The notes under the pieces are model-generated. The model made no database searches. It had not been told where the DNA came from and worked only from the letters and a program-made list of their open reading frames with translations. This document shows positions 27,122-35,411 of a DNA stretch of 44,492 bases, piece after piece. The stretch is taken from positions 1-44,492 of the forward strand of contig JAUWIC010000069.1 of NCBI GenBank assembly GCA_030605575.1. The letters run 5' to 3'. Within the stretch, counting starts at the first letter, position 1. Every line of letters starts with the position of its first letter. This DNA is from Dehalococcoidia bacterium (GTDB lineage Bacteria; Chloroflexota; Dehalococcoidia; Dehalococcoidales; E44-bin46). Made by a program: the position numbers and the translations under genes.

Positions 27122-28507
27122 ATGAAAAAACTCATTATACCTTTGCTAATAGTGGCGATGGTAGCTATCTTGGTTGTTACTGGTTGTCGGCCAAAGCCGC
27201 CAGAACGACCTGATTATCCCGCGGAGATGCCTTGTGGCATGGTCGTCGATTTAAGCGGTCCTTATGCTGAACTGGGCAAAAAGCTAAGCACTGGGGCAGA
27301 AGTAGGCGCTTACCAAATGAACGAGTGGGGTGGCGTCAGGAACATGTATTCTATGAAACTAAGGCTTATAGTGGCTGACGACGGTGGCTCACCCGAGCAG
27401 GCAGCTACCGAGGCTGAGCGGTTAATTACCGAGGAACAGGTCATTTTTATACTGGGTACCTGGCCTACGGCTACGGCAGTTAGCGAGGTTTGTGAGGAGC
27501 ATGAGACTCCGTTCATCTGCCCCCTAAGCCTGGATCCGCTTCTTACCGAGCGTGGCTACTATTATACCTTCCGCATCGTCGGTGATGCCTCGGATGTGGC
27601 TGGTCAGATGGTATATGCCATGACTAAATCCGCCGAGGAGGCTGGACTGTCTCCGCCCAAGACCTGTTTCATGGAGTATATCTCTGATGACCCTAGTGTG
27701 GCTGTAGCTGAGGCGTTTAAGCCCCAGGCTGAGGAGGCTGGCATAGACATAGTCGGTGAGGCGGTCGTTGAGGCTACGGCAACGACCTTTGTTCCTCAAC
27801 TCATCGAAATAGAGGCGGCTGAACCAGATGTGCTGTTCAGTTGTCACTACACCGATGATGCCATAATTCTGTATCAGGAAATGATGGACAGGCAGATCTA
27901 TTTCCCCTACGGAGTATTTTCCTGGGGAGGTGGTCTGGAAGACTCGCGCTTTTATGAGGCGCTACCCCAGTCAGCCTATGAGTATGGCTTCAGTTACGAA
28001 ACCGGTGACCCCTTGCCCCAAAGAAGGCATTACTACAATTGGGTTAACAACGAGGTCAAGGCTAAAATGGGTCAGGACTGGGAGGATTACTCCGTAGGTA
28101 CGGCATATGCCGCAATCTGGATTGTTAAAGAGGGCCTTGAGCGAATGACACCACCTGGGCTGACATCCGTTCACGGCAAGGAAGCGTTTGTGGGCTTTGA
28201 GGTAAAGGGATTCAGCCTTGACCTGGTTGAATTCCGGTCCAATCTCCAATATGCACTGACTAGTGCTATTATAACCCGTAGCGATACCATGAAGCTTCAG
28301 CTACCCGATGCCACGGTGTTTCTGCCGGCTCTGCAGGTAATGCGTGCTAGCCGGATTGAGTTTGATGAGACAGGGCAAAATCTCTACGGTGTTGGTGCGG
28401 TTAGCCAGAACATCGGTGGCACACGCTGGCCGCTATACCCGGAGACACGGAGAGAGTCAGACTCCCCATCGGTTGTCCTGCCGATACCACCTTGGGGCGA
28501 GCGGTAG
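27122..28507 (+). CDS. LivK-like (branched-chain amino acid family) ABC substrate-binding lipoprotein
   Basis: MKKLIIP...VVTGC lipobox; DLSGPYAELG, ADDGGSPEQAATEAERLI, YYTFRI. Start set at ATG 27122 after AGGAGGG. Confidence 0.85.
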   Translation: MKKLIIPLLIVAMVAILVVTGCRPKPPERPDYPAEMPCGMVVDLSGPYAELGKKLSTGAEVGAYQMNEWGGVRNMYSMKLRLIVADDGGSPEQAATEAERLITEEQVIFILGTWPTATAVSEVCEEHETPFICPLSLDPLLTERGYYYTFRIVGDASDVAGQMVYAMTKSAEEAGLSPPKTCFMEYISDDPSVAVAEAFKPQAEEAGIDIVGEAVVEATATTFVPQLIEIEAAEPDVLFSCHYTDDAIILYQEMMDRQIYFPYGVFSWGGGLEDSRFYEALPQSAYEYGFSYETGDPLPQRRHYYNWVNNEVKAKMGQDWEDYSVGTAYAAIWIVKEGLERMTPPGLTSVHGKEAFVGFEVKGFSLDLVEFRSNLQYALTSAIITRSDTMKLQLPDATVFLPALQVMRASRIEFDETGQNLYGVGAVSQNIGGTRWPLYPETRRESDSPSVVLPIPPWGER

Positions 28508-28563
28508 AGCCGGACGGTGTTAGTATTAGGTTAAATGGTTGTAGCAGTAATCGGAATCTGGGA

Positions 28564-28599
28564 CAAGGGGGAGGTTAAAAGAGAGGAGCCTCCCCCTTG
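28564..28599. repeat. GC-rich hairpin (CAAGGGGGAGGTT...AGCCTCCCCCTTG), REP-like or terminator
   Basis: Inverted repeat just after the stop of the binding protein; composition like the hairpins of the 10226-10440 element. Confidence 0.45.
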
Positions 28600-28666
28600 C
28601 TTAGGGTAGGAACCAGGAAAGGGCAGATTTATGATGGTAATTGCCACGATTTCTATAGCCACTTCA

Positions 28667-28784
28667 GGCTTTTATTGCCATCATTTTGCCACCAAATTGA
28701 CCCAGCTTATTGACAAATGGCAGAAAGTAGGTTATAACCGAATTGCCCCAAACTATTGACAGACGGCGAAAAGTAGGTTATATT
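28667..28784 (+). promoter_or_regulatory. tandem sigma70 promoters (TTGACA-17-TATAAC at 28710; TTGACA-17-TATATT at 28756)
   Basis: 46-bp period; shared TATTGACA...AAAGTAGGTTATA. Confidence 0.7.
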
Positions 28785-28812
28785 ACTAAACTAGTTGGTA
28801 AGGGCATGAGCT

Positions 28813-29805
28813 ATGGCTGAAGAGCTAGAAAGACGGGAGCGAGTTACTTTCCGGGACATTGCCCGGCGTGCTCTCAGACATGAAAACGCTGTCATCGGCA
28901 TCGCTCTGGCAGCAATGATAGCTGTGCTGGCAGTTATATCTCGGGGGGCAACAATCACCCGGGGTAATATGGCGAATGTTCTGATACAGAGCTCGGTTCG
29001 GGGGGTGGCAGCGGTAGGTCAGGCCTTTTGTATCTTAACCGCTAATTTTGATTTGTCAGTTTCTGGGATCGGAGTTATGACTATGATGCTGGGTAGCTCC
29101 ATGATGACCACGGAGTGGACAAATATCCTCGGCTACCCGGCTTCTCCATTTATGGCGATACCAGTTATGCTGGCAGTGGGAGCCTGTTGGGGGCTTCTCA
29201 GTGGCGCATTAGTCTCGCGCTTCAACATGCCGTCGTTGATAGTAACCTTTGGTGTGTGGCAGATAGGCTACGGGGTCGCTTACTACGTAACCGAAGGAAA
29301 AGCCGTTATGGAGCTACCGGAGAGTTTTGCTGTCTACGGGTCATTGCCAGCGGGGCCAATTATCTTTTTCTCAGTGGCGGCGTTGGCTTATTTCGTCCTT
29401 ACTTACACCAGCTTTGGTCGTCGCGTCTATGCCGTCGGCGGCAGTCCAGTAAGTGCTTACCTTTCCGGCATAAGCGTGAAAAATACGTATCTTGCCGTCT
29501 TTGCTATCTCGGGATTGTGCGCCGGACTGGCTGGTATGCTGTTCACATCACGGGCTATGTCGGGTTCAATAGAAGCCTTGCGGGGTCTTGAACTGGACAG
29601 CATAGCTTCGGTGGTTATTGGTGGTGTCAGTCTATTTGGTGGTCGGGGCAACATGATTGGGGTGGTATTGGGCGCTCTACTGATTGGCGTGATTAATAAC
29701 GCCATGAGTGTATTGCACATGGGGCACGCTGGCAGGTATATCGTAAAGGGGGCGATAATAATTGGGGCGGTAGCGGCTGACATTTTGCGTCGGCGCGGTC
29801 GCTGA
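28813..29805 (+). CDS. monosaccharide ABC transporter permease (RbsC family)
   Basis: GQAFCILTANFDLSV, TSFGRRVYAVGGS, ELDSIASVVIGGVSLFGGRG. Confidence 0.92.
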   Translation: MAEELERRERVTFRDIARRALRHENAVIGIALAAMIAVLAVISRGATITRGNMANVLIQSSVRGVAAVGQAFCILTANFDLSVSGIGVMTMMLGSSMMTTEWTNILGYPASPFMAIPVMLAVGACWGLLSGALVSRFNMPSLIVTFGVWQIGYGVAYYVTEGKAVMELPESFAVYGSLPAGPIIFFSVAALAYFVLTYTSFGRRVYAVGGSPVSAYLSGISVKNTYLAVFAISGLCAGLAGMLFTSRAMSGSIEALRGLELDSIASVVIGGVSLFGGRGNMIGVVLGALLIGVINNAMSVLHMGHAGRYIVKGAIIIGAVAADILRRRGR

Positions 29806-29837
29806 AACCATCATTACTATCAGTAAGGGTATAAACT

Positions 29838-30842
29838 ATGTCTGAAGTTACAGAAAGACGGAAACGAGGTACTGCCCGGGACATTGCCCGGCGTGTTTTT
29901 AGATACGAAAATGCTACCCTTGGCATCATTCTGGCAGCAATAATGGGTACCCTGGCAGTGGCCACTGGGGGCAAAACAATCGCCCTACGTAATATGAAAA
30001 TGGTTGTGGTGGAAGGTGCGACTATGGGGGTAGGAGCCATAGGTCAGATGTTTGTTATCTTGACCTCTGGCATTGATTTATCCGTTGCTGGCATGGCTTT
30101 TGGGACTTCAGCTCTGGGGTCGGCAATGATGACTACCCAGCTGTGGCAAAATATTCTCGGCTACGCAGCTCCTATATGGGTAGCAGTACCAGCTATGCTG
30201 GCGATGGGAGTCGGTCTGGGGGCAATCAGTGGCCTGTTTGTCTCGCGTATCGGGATACCGCCGTTCATAGCCACCCTGGGTATGTGGCAAATAGCCCATG
30301 GAATCGGATTCCTGATAACCGGAGGGTTTACTATTGCTAGAATGATAGACCCTCTGCGTTTCTTCGGGCAGAGGTTTATCTACGGTTTTCCGGTGGCAGG
30401 TATTATTTGGATAGTGGTCGGTGCAGTGGTCTACTTTGTTCTGCATTACACTAGTTATGCTCGTTCTGTCTATGCCACTGGCAGCAATCCGGTAAGTGCC
30501 TGGCTTTCCGGTGTAAATGTGAAAAATACACAACTTTCGGTCTATATGATTTCGGGATTTATGGCGGCGCTTGGCGGTCTAATACGGACAGGGCGGGTTA
30601 TGTCGGTTTCATATTCAAGCTTTGATTTTCTTGAGCTGCAGACTATAGCTTCCGCTGTTATTGGGGGCGTCAGTCTATTCGGTGGTAAAGGGACCGTGGT
30701 TGGGGTGGTGCTTGGGGCTCTGGTAATTGCCGTTGTTCTTAACGGCATGACTATATTACGTGCCGACCCCTTCCTGGAGAGCCTGGTATTGGGGGTGATA
30801 GTAATTGCGGCGGTGGCTGTTGACTATTGGCGTGGGCGTTAA
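29838..30842 (+). CDS. monosaccharide ABC transporter permease (RbsC family), paralog of the preceding gene
   Basis: GQMFVILTSGIDLSV, IPPFIATLG, ELQTIASAVIGGVSLFGGKG. Confidence 0.92.
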   Translation: MSEVTERRKRGTARDIARRVFRYENATLGIILAAIMGTLAVATGGKTIALRNMKMVVVEGATMGVGAIGQMFVILTSGIDLSVAGMAFGTSALGSAMMTTQLWQNILGYAAPIWVAVPAMLAMGVGLGAISGLFVSRIGIPPFIATLGMWQIAHGIGFLITGGFTIARMIDPLRFFGQRFIYGFPVAGIIWIVVGAVVYFVLHYTSYARSVYATGSNPVSAWLSGVNVKNTQLSVYMISGFMAALGGLIRTGRVMSVSYSSFDFLELQTIASAVIGGVSLFGGKGTVVGVVLGALVIAVVLNGMTILRADPFLESLVLGVIVIAAVAVDYWRGR

Positions 30843-30865
30843 GCTGAAGTCAGTATTTTAGCCAC

Positions 30866-30935
30866 TTGACAAATTATATATAAATACTATAATTTAGTAT
30901 AGAATACTTGACAAACTATATTTTGCAACTATAAT
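30866..30935 (+). promoter_or_regulatory. tandem consensus sigma70 promoters (TTGACA-16-TATAAT at 30866 and 30908)
   Basis: Two perfect -35/-10 pairs with a 42-bp period. Confidence 0.7.
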
Positions 30936-31046
30936 GTTAACCACTACCAAGATGAGCTTAGGGGAAAGGAGGTAAGCCTATGTGAAAAGTCAGAGAATGG
31001 TCAGTATAGCCCAGAATCCTAAAAATCTTGAAGTAAGGAGGGAAGG

Positions 31047-32348
31047 ATGAAAAGGTTTATTATTCCGTTAGTAACGGCAGTAGCAGTGGTTAGTATAATA
31101 CTTGCCGGTTGTGTTACCGAGCCTGCACCCCCAGTGACACCCCCAGTGACACCACCAGTGACACCACCAGTAGAGCCACCGGTAGAGCCACCGGTAGGGG
31201 CGCTAACCGCTGCTGACATACCCGAGCTAGCCGAGATGGTGGCTAGAGGGCAGGTCGATGGGAGCCTCTTGTGGAATCCTTTCGAGGATTTGCTGGTCAA
31301 GCCTGATGGCACCTCCTTCAGGGTCGCCTACTCCGTCTCCACTTTGGAGGTCGAGCCTTGTGCTCAGTCAACAAAGATGATAGAAGACTACTTCCCAAGG
31401 TTTGGTTTAGGACCGAAAGGAGAAAACTGGACTACCTTCGGCTCTCGTTTTGACGTTGATGCCCAGATAGGCTTTATGGAGGACATGGCGGCAACGATGG
31501 AGCCAGACTGGTTTCAGATCCACTCAGTTAGTGCCGAGCTGCAGGTCCCGGTGACTGAGAAGATGGTCTACGAGTTAGGTATCCCCGTCTTCACCCAGGA
31601 CTGTGGTATTGAGTCTGAGGCGGTTACCTCGTTTGTCGCTCACAAGTTTGAGGGACCAGGCGGGACAGATATCCTTGGCACGTGGCTGATAGCTGAGCTC
31701 GAGAGAAGGGGATACGGTCCAGATAACCCCTGCGTCGTTGCTGAACTGTGGGGTATGCGCGAAATGCTTACTTCCAAGCTGCGCAATGTGGGATTTCACA
31801 AGGCAATCGACCCCGTAGCCTGGATTACAGTGATAGAGACTAAGGACACTAACTGGGCTGAGGAGCAAACGGCGACCATCACCGCCGACACAATAATGGC
31901 GCATCCTGAAGTCGTAGCTCTCTTCCATCACGGTTGCGGTGGACAGGGGATGGTCCCAGGGCTTGAGTCAATAGATATGCTCCTGCCACTGGATGACCCT
32001 GACCACATCATAATTGCTTCTAACGATGCTGAGAATGCCATGTGGGATGCGGTACTAGACGGCAGAGCTGATACCTTCTCCACCCATGGCATGGTCGAGC
32101 CAAGTGACATCTGCTTCCAGGTAGCTGTTACCAATGTCGTTCTGGGACAGCCGGTAGAAAAGTTCTACCAGTGCCCCTTCCTCATGGTTGATGCCAGCAA
32201 CATTAATACCGTTCAGATTGGTGGCGTGCCACCTTCCTGCGGTATGCCAAGAGGGCGGTGGGACTTATGGGTACCTTTGAACCCATTGCCAGAGTACGGA
32301 TTCCCGCAGCCTAGCCTTGAGCTGAGAATGCAGTATATGGGCTACTGA
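31047..32348 (+). CDS. RbsB-like sugar-family ABC substrate-binding lipoprotein with Pro-rich tether
   Basis: ILAGC lipobox; DVDAQI, GIPVFTQD, R..GFHKAI, NWAEEQT, IMAHPEVVALF. Confidence 0.8.
   Translation: MKRFIIPLVTAVAVVSIILAGCVTEPAPPVTPPVTPPVTPPVEPPVEPPVGALTAADIPELAEMVARGQVDGSLLWNPFEDLLVKPDGTSFRVAYSVSTLEVEPCAQSTKMIEDYFPRFGLGPKGENWTTFGSRFDVDAQIGFMEDMAATMEPDWFQIHSVSAELQVPVTEKMVYELGIPVFTQDCGIESEAVTSFVAHKFEGPGGTDILGTWLIAELERRGYGPDNPCVVAELWGMREMLTSKLRNVGFHKAIDPVAWITVIETKDTNWAEEQTATITADTIMAHPEVVALFHHGCGGQGMVPGLESIDMLLPLDDPDHIIIASNDAENAMWDAVLDGRADTFSTHGMVEPSDICFQVAVTNVVLGQPVEKFYQCPFLMVDASNINTVQIGGVPPSCGMPRGRWDLWVPLNPLPEYGFPQPSLELRMQYMGY
31128..31199 (+). repeat. intragenic 12-bp tandem repeat x6 encoding (PPVT)3(PPVE)2PPVG
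   Basis: CC(C/A)CC(A/G)GT(G/A)(ACA/GAG/GGG) units. Confidence 0.9.
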
Positions 32349-32532
32349 TAATCATCAGGGCTAGTTAAGATAGTTTATAAGCTTAGTTTATAAGCTAAGG
32401 CTACTGAGGGCTGGGAGTAAGATTTGGTGTAGATAAACCAGCTCTCGGTAGCTTTCTGTGTCAAAAAATACTGTGACTTAAATGTGGCTATAAGCTAATG
32501 GCGACTAATGATAAATACAAGGAGGCAACAAA

Positions 32533-33315
32533 ATGGGTAGACTAGATGGTAAGGTAGTAATTATAACCGGGGCTGGTATGGGAATGGGGCAGGCAGCAGC
32601 ACTTCTGTTCGCTAAAGAAGGGGCAAAAGTGGCTGTTATTGACTGGAAGGCTGAAGCTGGGGAGGAGACGGTCAAGACGATTAAGCAGGCTGGTGGCGAG
32701 GCTATATTTGTTAAGGCTGATGTCTCTAAAGCCGCTGATGCCAAAAATATGGTCAAGACAACCGTAGATACCTATGGGAAATTGGATGTTATCTATAATA
32801 ATGCGGCTATTCTTGGTCGGGCAGCCTTCACCGAAAACATCGCCGAGGAGGACTGGGACAGGATTATGGCGGTTAACCTCAAAGGTGTCTGGCTGGGGAT
32901 GAAGTATGCTATCCCCGAGATGCTCAAGGCAGGGAAAGGGTCAATAATCAATACCGCTTCCCAGTGTGGAGACAGAGGCACTCGCAATATGGGTGCCTAT
33001 TGCGCCTCTAAAGGGGGGATACTGGCCTTAACCAGAGTGACGGCAATGGAGCTGGCTAAAAAGAACATTCGGGTTAATGCTCTCAACCCCGGGATTATTG
33101 GCACGCCGATGGTGATGGCTTTGTCGAAAGCGGAGCAGGAACATTTTGCGTCGATAATACCTCAGGGTCGGCTTGGTACGCCGGAGGAAGTGGCCTATGC
33201 CGCCTTGTTTTTAGCCTCTGATGAATCTTCCCATGTCACCGGTCATACCTTGGTGGTTGACGGGGGTATAGAAGTTGATAACAAACAGGTGATACAACCT
33301 AGCCCTGGATGCTGA
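32533..33315 (+). CDS. short-chain dehydrogenase/reductase (classical SDR, probably NAD-dependent), copy 1
   Basis: TGAGMGMG, NNAA, YCASK, IRVNALNPG; Asp at the end of beta2 (VAVID). Confidence 0.95.
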   Translation: MGRLDGKVVIITGAGMGMGQAAALLFAKEGAKVAVIDWKAEAGEETVKTIKQAGGEAIFVKADVSKAADAKNMVKTTVDTYGKLDVIYNNAAILGRAAFTENIAEEDWDRIMAVNLKGVWLGMKYAIPEMLKAGKGSIINTASQCGDRGTRNMGAYCASKGGILALTRVTAMELAKKNIRVNALNPGIIGTPMVMALSKAEQEHFASIIPQGRLGTPEEVAYAALFLASDESSHVTGHTLVVDGGIEVDNKQVIQPSPGC

Positions 33316-33365
33316 TAACTATAGAGCGTAATGGCCAATAATGGTAAATACAAGGAGGCAGTAAA

Positions 33366-34148
33366 ATGGGTAGACTAGATGGTAAGGTAGTGATTATAAC
33401 CGGGGCTGGCATGGGAATGGGGCAGGCAGCAGCGCTTTTGTTCGCTAAAGAAGGAGCAAAAGTGGCTGTTGTTGACTGGAAGGCTGAAGCTGGGGAAGAG
33501 ACGGTCAAGACGATTAAGCAGGCTGGTGGCGAGGCTATATTTATTAAGGCTGATGTCTCCAAAGCCGCCGATGCCAAAAATATGGTCAGGACCACCGTGG
33601 ATACCTATGGGAAATTGGACGTTATCTATAATAACGCTGGTATTCTGGCTAGGGCAGCCTTCACCGAAAACATCACCGAGGAGGAATGGGACAGGATTAT
33701 GGCGGTTAATCTCAAGGGTATCTGGCTGGGGATGAAGTATGCTATCCCCGAGATGCTCAAGGCAGGCAAAGGGTCAATAATCAATGCTGCTTCCCAGTGT
33801 GGAGATAGAGGCACCCGCAATCTAGGCGCCTATTGCGCCTCTAAAGGGGGAGTACTGGCCTTAACCAGAGTGACGGCAATGGAATTGGCAAAAAAGAACA
33901 TTCGGGTTAATGCTCTCAACCCGGGGATTATTGCTACGCCGATGGCGTTGACTGCGTCTAAAGAGGAGCAGGAGGGTTTTGCCGCGATAATACCTCAGGG
34001 TCGGATGGGTAGACCGGAGGAAGTGGCCTATGCCGCCTTGTTTTTAGCCTCTGATGAATCTTCCCATGTCACCGGTCATACCTTGGTGGTTGACGGCGGA
34101 CTTGAGGTTGATAACAAACAGGTGATACAACCTAGCCCTTTACGCTGA
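33366..34148 (+). CDS. short-chain dehydrogenase/reductase, copy 2 (tandem duplicate)
   Basis: Same length (260 aa), NNAG, YCASK; near-identical to copy 1. Confidence 0.95.
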   Translation: MGRLDGKVVIITGAGMGMGQAAALLFAKEGAKVAVVDWKAEAGEETVKTIKQAGGEAIFIKADVSKAADAKNMVRTTVDTYGKLDVIYNNAGILARAAFTENITEEEWDRIMAVNLKGIWLGMKYAIPEMLKAGKGSIINAASQCGDRGTRNLGAYCASKGGVLALTRVTAMELAKKNIRVNALNPGIIATPMALTASKEEQEGFAAIIPQGRMGRPEEVAYAALFLASDESSHVTGHTLVVDGGLEVDNKQVIQPSPLR

Positions 34149-34185
34149 TAGCCACCAGACTATAAGCTAAAATAAAATGCTAACT

Positions 34186-34220
34186 GAAAAGACGAGGGAT
34201 ATTCCCTCGCCTTTTCTTTT
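34186..34220 (+). terminator. intrinsic terminator, probably bidirectional, between the SDR pair and surE
   Basis: GAAAAGACGAGGGA-TAT-TCCCTCGCCTTTTCTTTT. Confidence 0.7.
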
Positions 34221-34261
34221 AGAATCTCAGCTATTTCAGGTTATGGTAGTAATTCTTGTGT

Positions 34262-35041
34262 CTAGGTTTTCAGCAACTCCTGAAGAAGGTTAGAACACAG
34301 GCTGTTGAGGACGGAGGGTAAAGGCTTATTGACCGGGTTAGTATGTAAGGGAGTGATGGAGATATTTCCTTGTTCTATTGCCCATATATCTGTTTTTCTG
34401 TCTGCGTCCGTGTTTACCTTTTGACGCATTAGCCAATAGTATTCCCGTTTCCCATCAAATCCTTCCTCAACTGTGTCAGTATGACTTTCACTGGCTAATT
34501 GAGTAATCTTTACCCCCTTGATCTTGGCCAGGGGTAAGTTGGGTATGTTTATATTGAGGAAAATATTGGTCGGCAGGGAAATAGATTCAATCCTTTTAGC
34601 CAACAGTGCGGTTAATCTGGCGCCATTATCCAGGTAGAGACTATCGGTTACGGCTACTGAGATGGCGAGGGCGGGGAGACCACGCAGGTAGCCTTGCCAG
34701 GCAGCCCCTACTGTCCCTGAGATAAGCACATCATCACCCAGATTTGATCCCTGGTTTATACCAGAGATGACCAGGTCCACCTTGTTTGTAACCAGTTTAC
34801 CTAAAGCCAGGATGACACTATCCGCCGGGGTGCCTTCTACCGAGTAGGTTTCTACTTCAGGCACCAAGGGTCTTACTCTTTGTACCCTCAGTGGCTGGCG
34901 CAGGGTTACCGCAGTGCCTATGGCGCTCTGTTCTCTATCTGGAGCTACGACTACTACCTGGGCGATGTTCTTTAGCTCCCTGACCAGTGTCCACAGCCCG
35001 GGGGCAAATATTCCATCATCATTAGTTATTAGTATTCTCAT
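34262..35041 (-). CDS. surE: 5'/3'-nucleotidase SurE
   Basis: ILITNDDG, APDREQSA, GTPAD, SGINQGSN, SGTVGAA. Confidence 0.96.
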   Translation of the reverse strand: MRILITNDDGIFAPGLWTLVRELKNIAQVVVVAPDREQSAIGTAVTLRQPLRVQRVRPLVPEVETYSVEGTPADSVILALGKLVTNKVDLVISGINQGSNLGDDVLISGTVGAAWQGYLRGLPALAISVAVTDSLYLDNGARLTALLAKRIESISLPTNIFLNINIPNLPLAKIKGVKITQLASESHTDTVEEGFDGKREYYWLMRQKVNTDADRKTDIWAIEQGNISITPLHTNPVNKPLPSVLNSLCSNLLQELLKT

Positions 35042-35107
35042 TCAGAACGCCTTGGCTTTATCCAGTTTATCACGGTGGGAATAATGACGGCAAATTAAAA
35101 GGTTAAG

Positions 35108-35136
35108 TTGACGACGGTTCGCTTTTTTGATATGCT
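35108..35136 (+). promoter_or_regulatory. sigma70 promoter for the riboswitch-btuCD transcript (TTGACG-17-TATGCT)
   Basis: Immediately upstream of the cobalamin riboswitch. Confidence 0.55.
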
Positions 35137-35149
35137 GTTAACAAATTAA

Positions 35150-35280
35150 ATAAGGAATTATAGGGGTGCCTGAGCGTAAGCGAGGGCTTAAATGGAAGGC
35201 AAGACCGGTGAAAATCCGGCACAGTCCCGCCTGCTGTAACTGAGGGTTATATCCCTCGGAAGTCAGAACGCCAGCCTTAC
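35150..35280 (+). ncRNA. cobalamin (B12) riboswitch
   Basis: AGGGGTGCC...TTAAATGGAAG...CCGGTGAAAATCCGGCACAGTCCCGC...CTGTAA...GAAGTCAGAACGCC(A)GCC B12-box-like elements; upstream of btuCD. Confidence 0.88.
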
Positions 35281-35326
35281 CCTTTATTACCTCCGCGGAG
35301 ATGGGGGAATCTGGTTATAGATTTCG

Positions 35327-35360
35327 AAATCCCCTTGTTCTGCCAGCGAGGGGATTTTTA
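35327..35360 (+). terminator. riboswitch expression-platform terminator
   Basis: AAATCCCCTTGTT-CTGCC-AGCGAGGGGATTTTT between aptamer and btuC. Confidence 0.7.
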
Positions 35361-35411
35361 CATTTACTGGGGGTTAAGGCACCACTTTGATTATCAACTA
35401 GGTTTAGAAGA

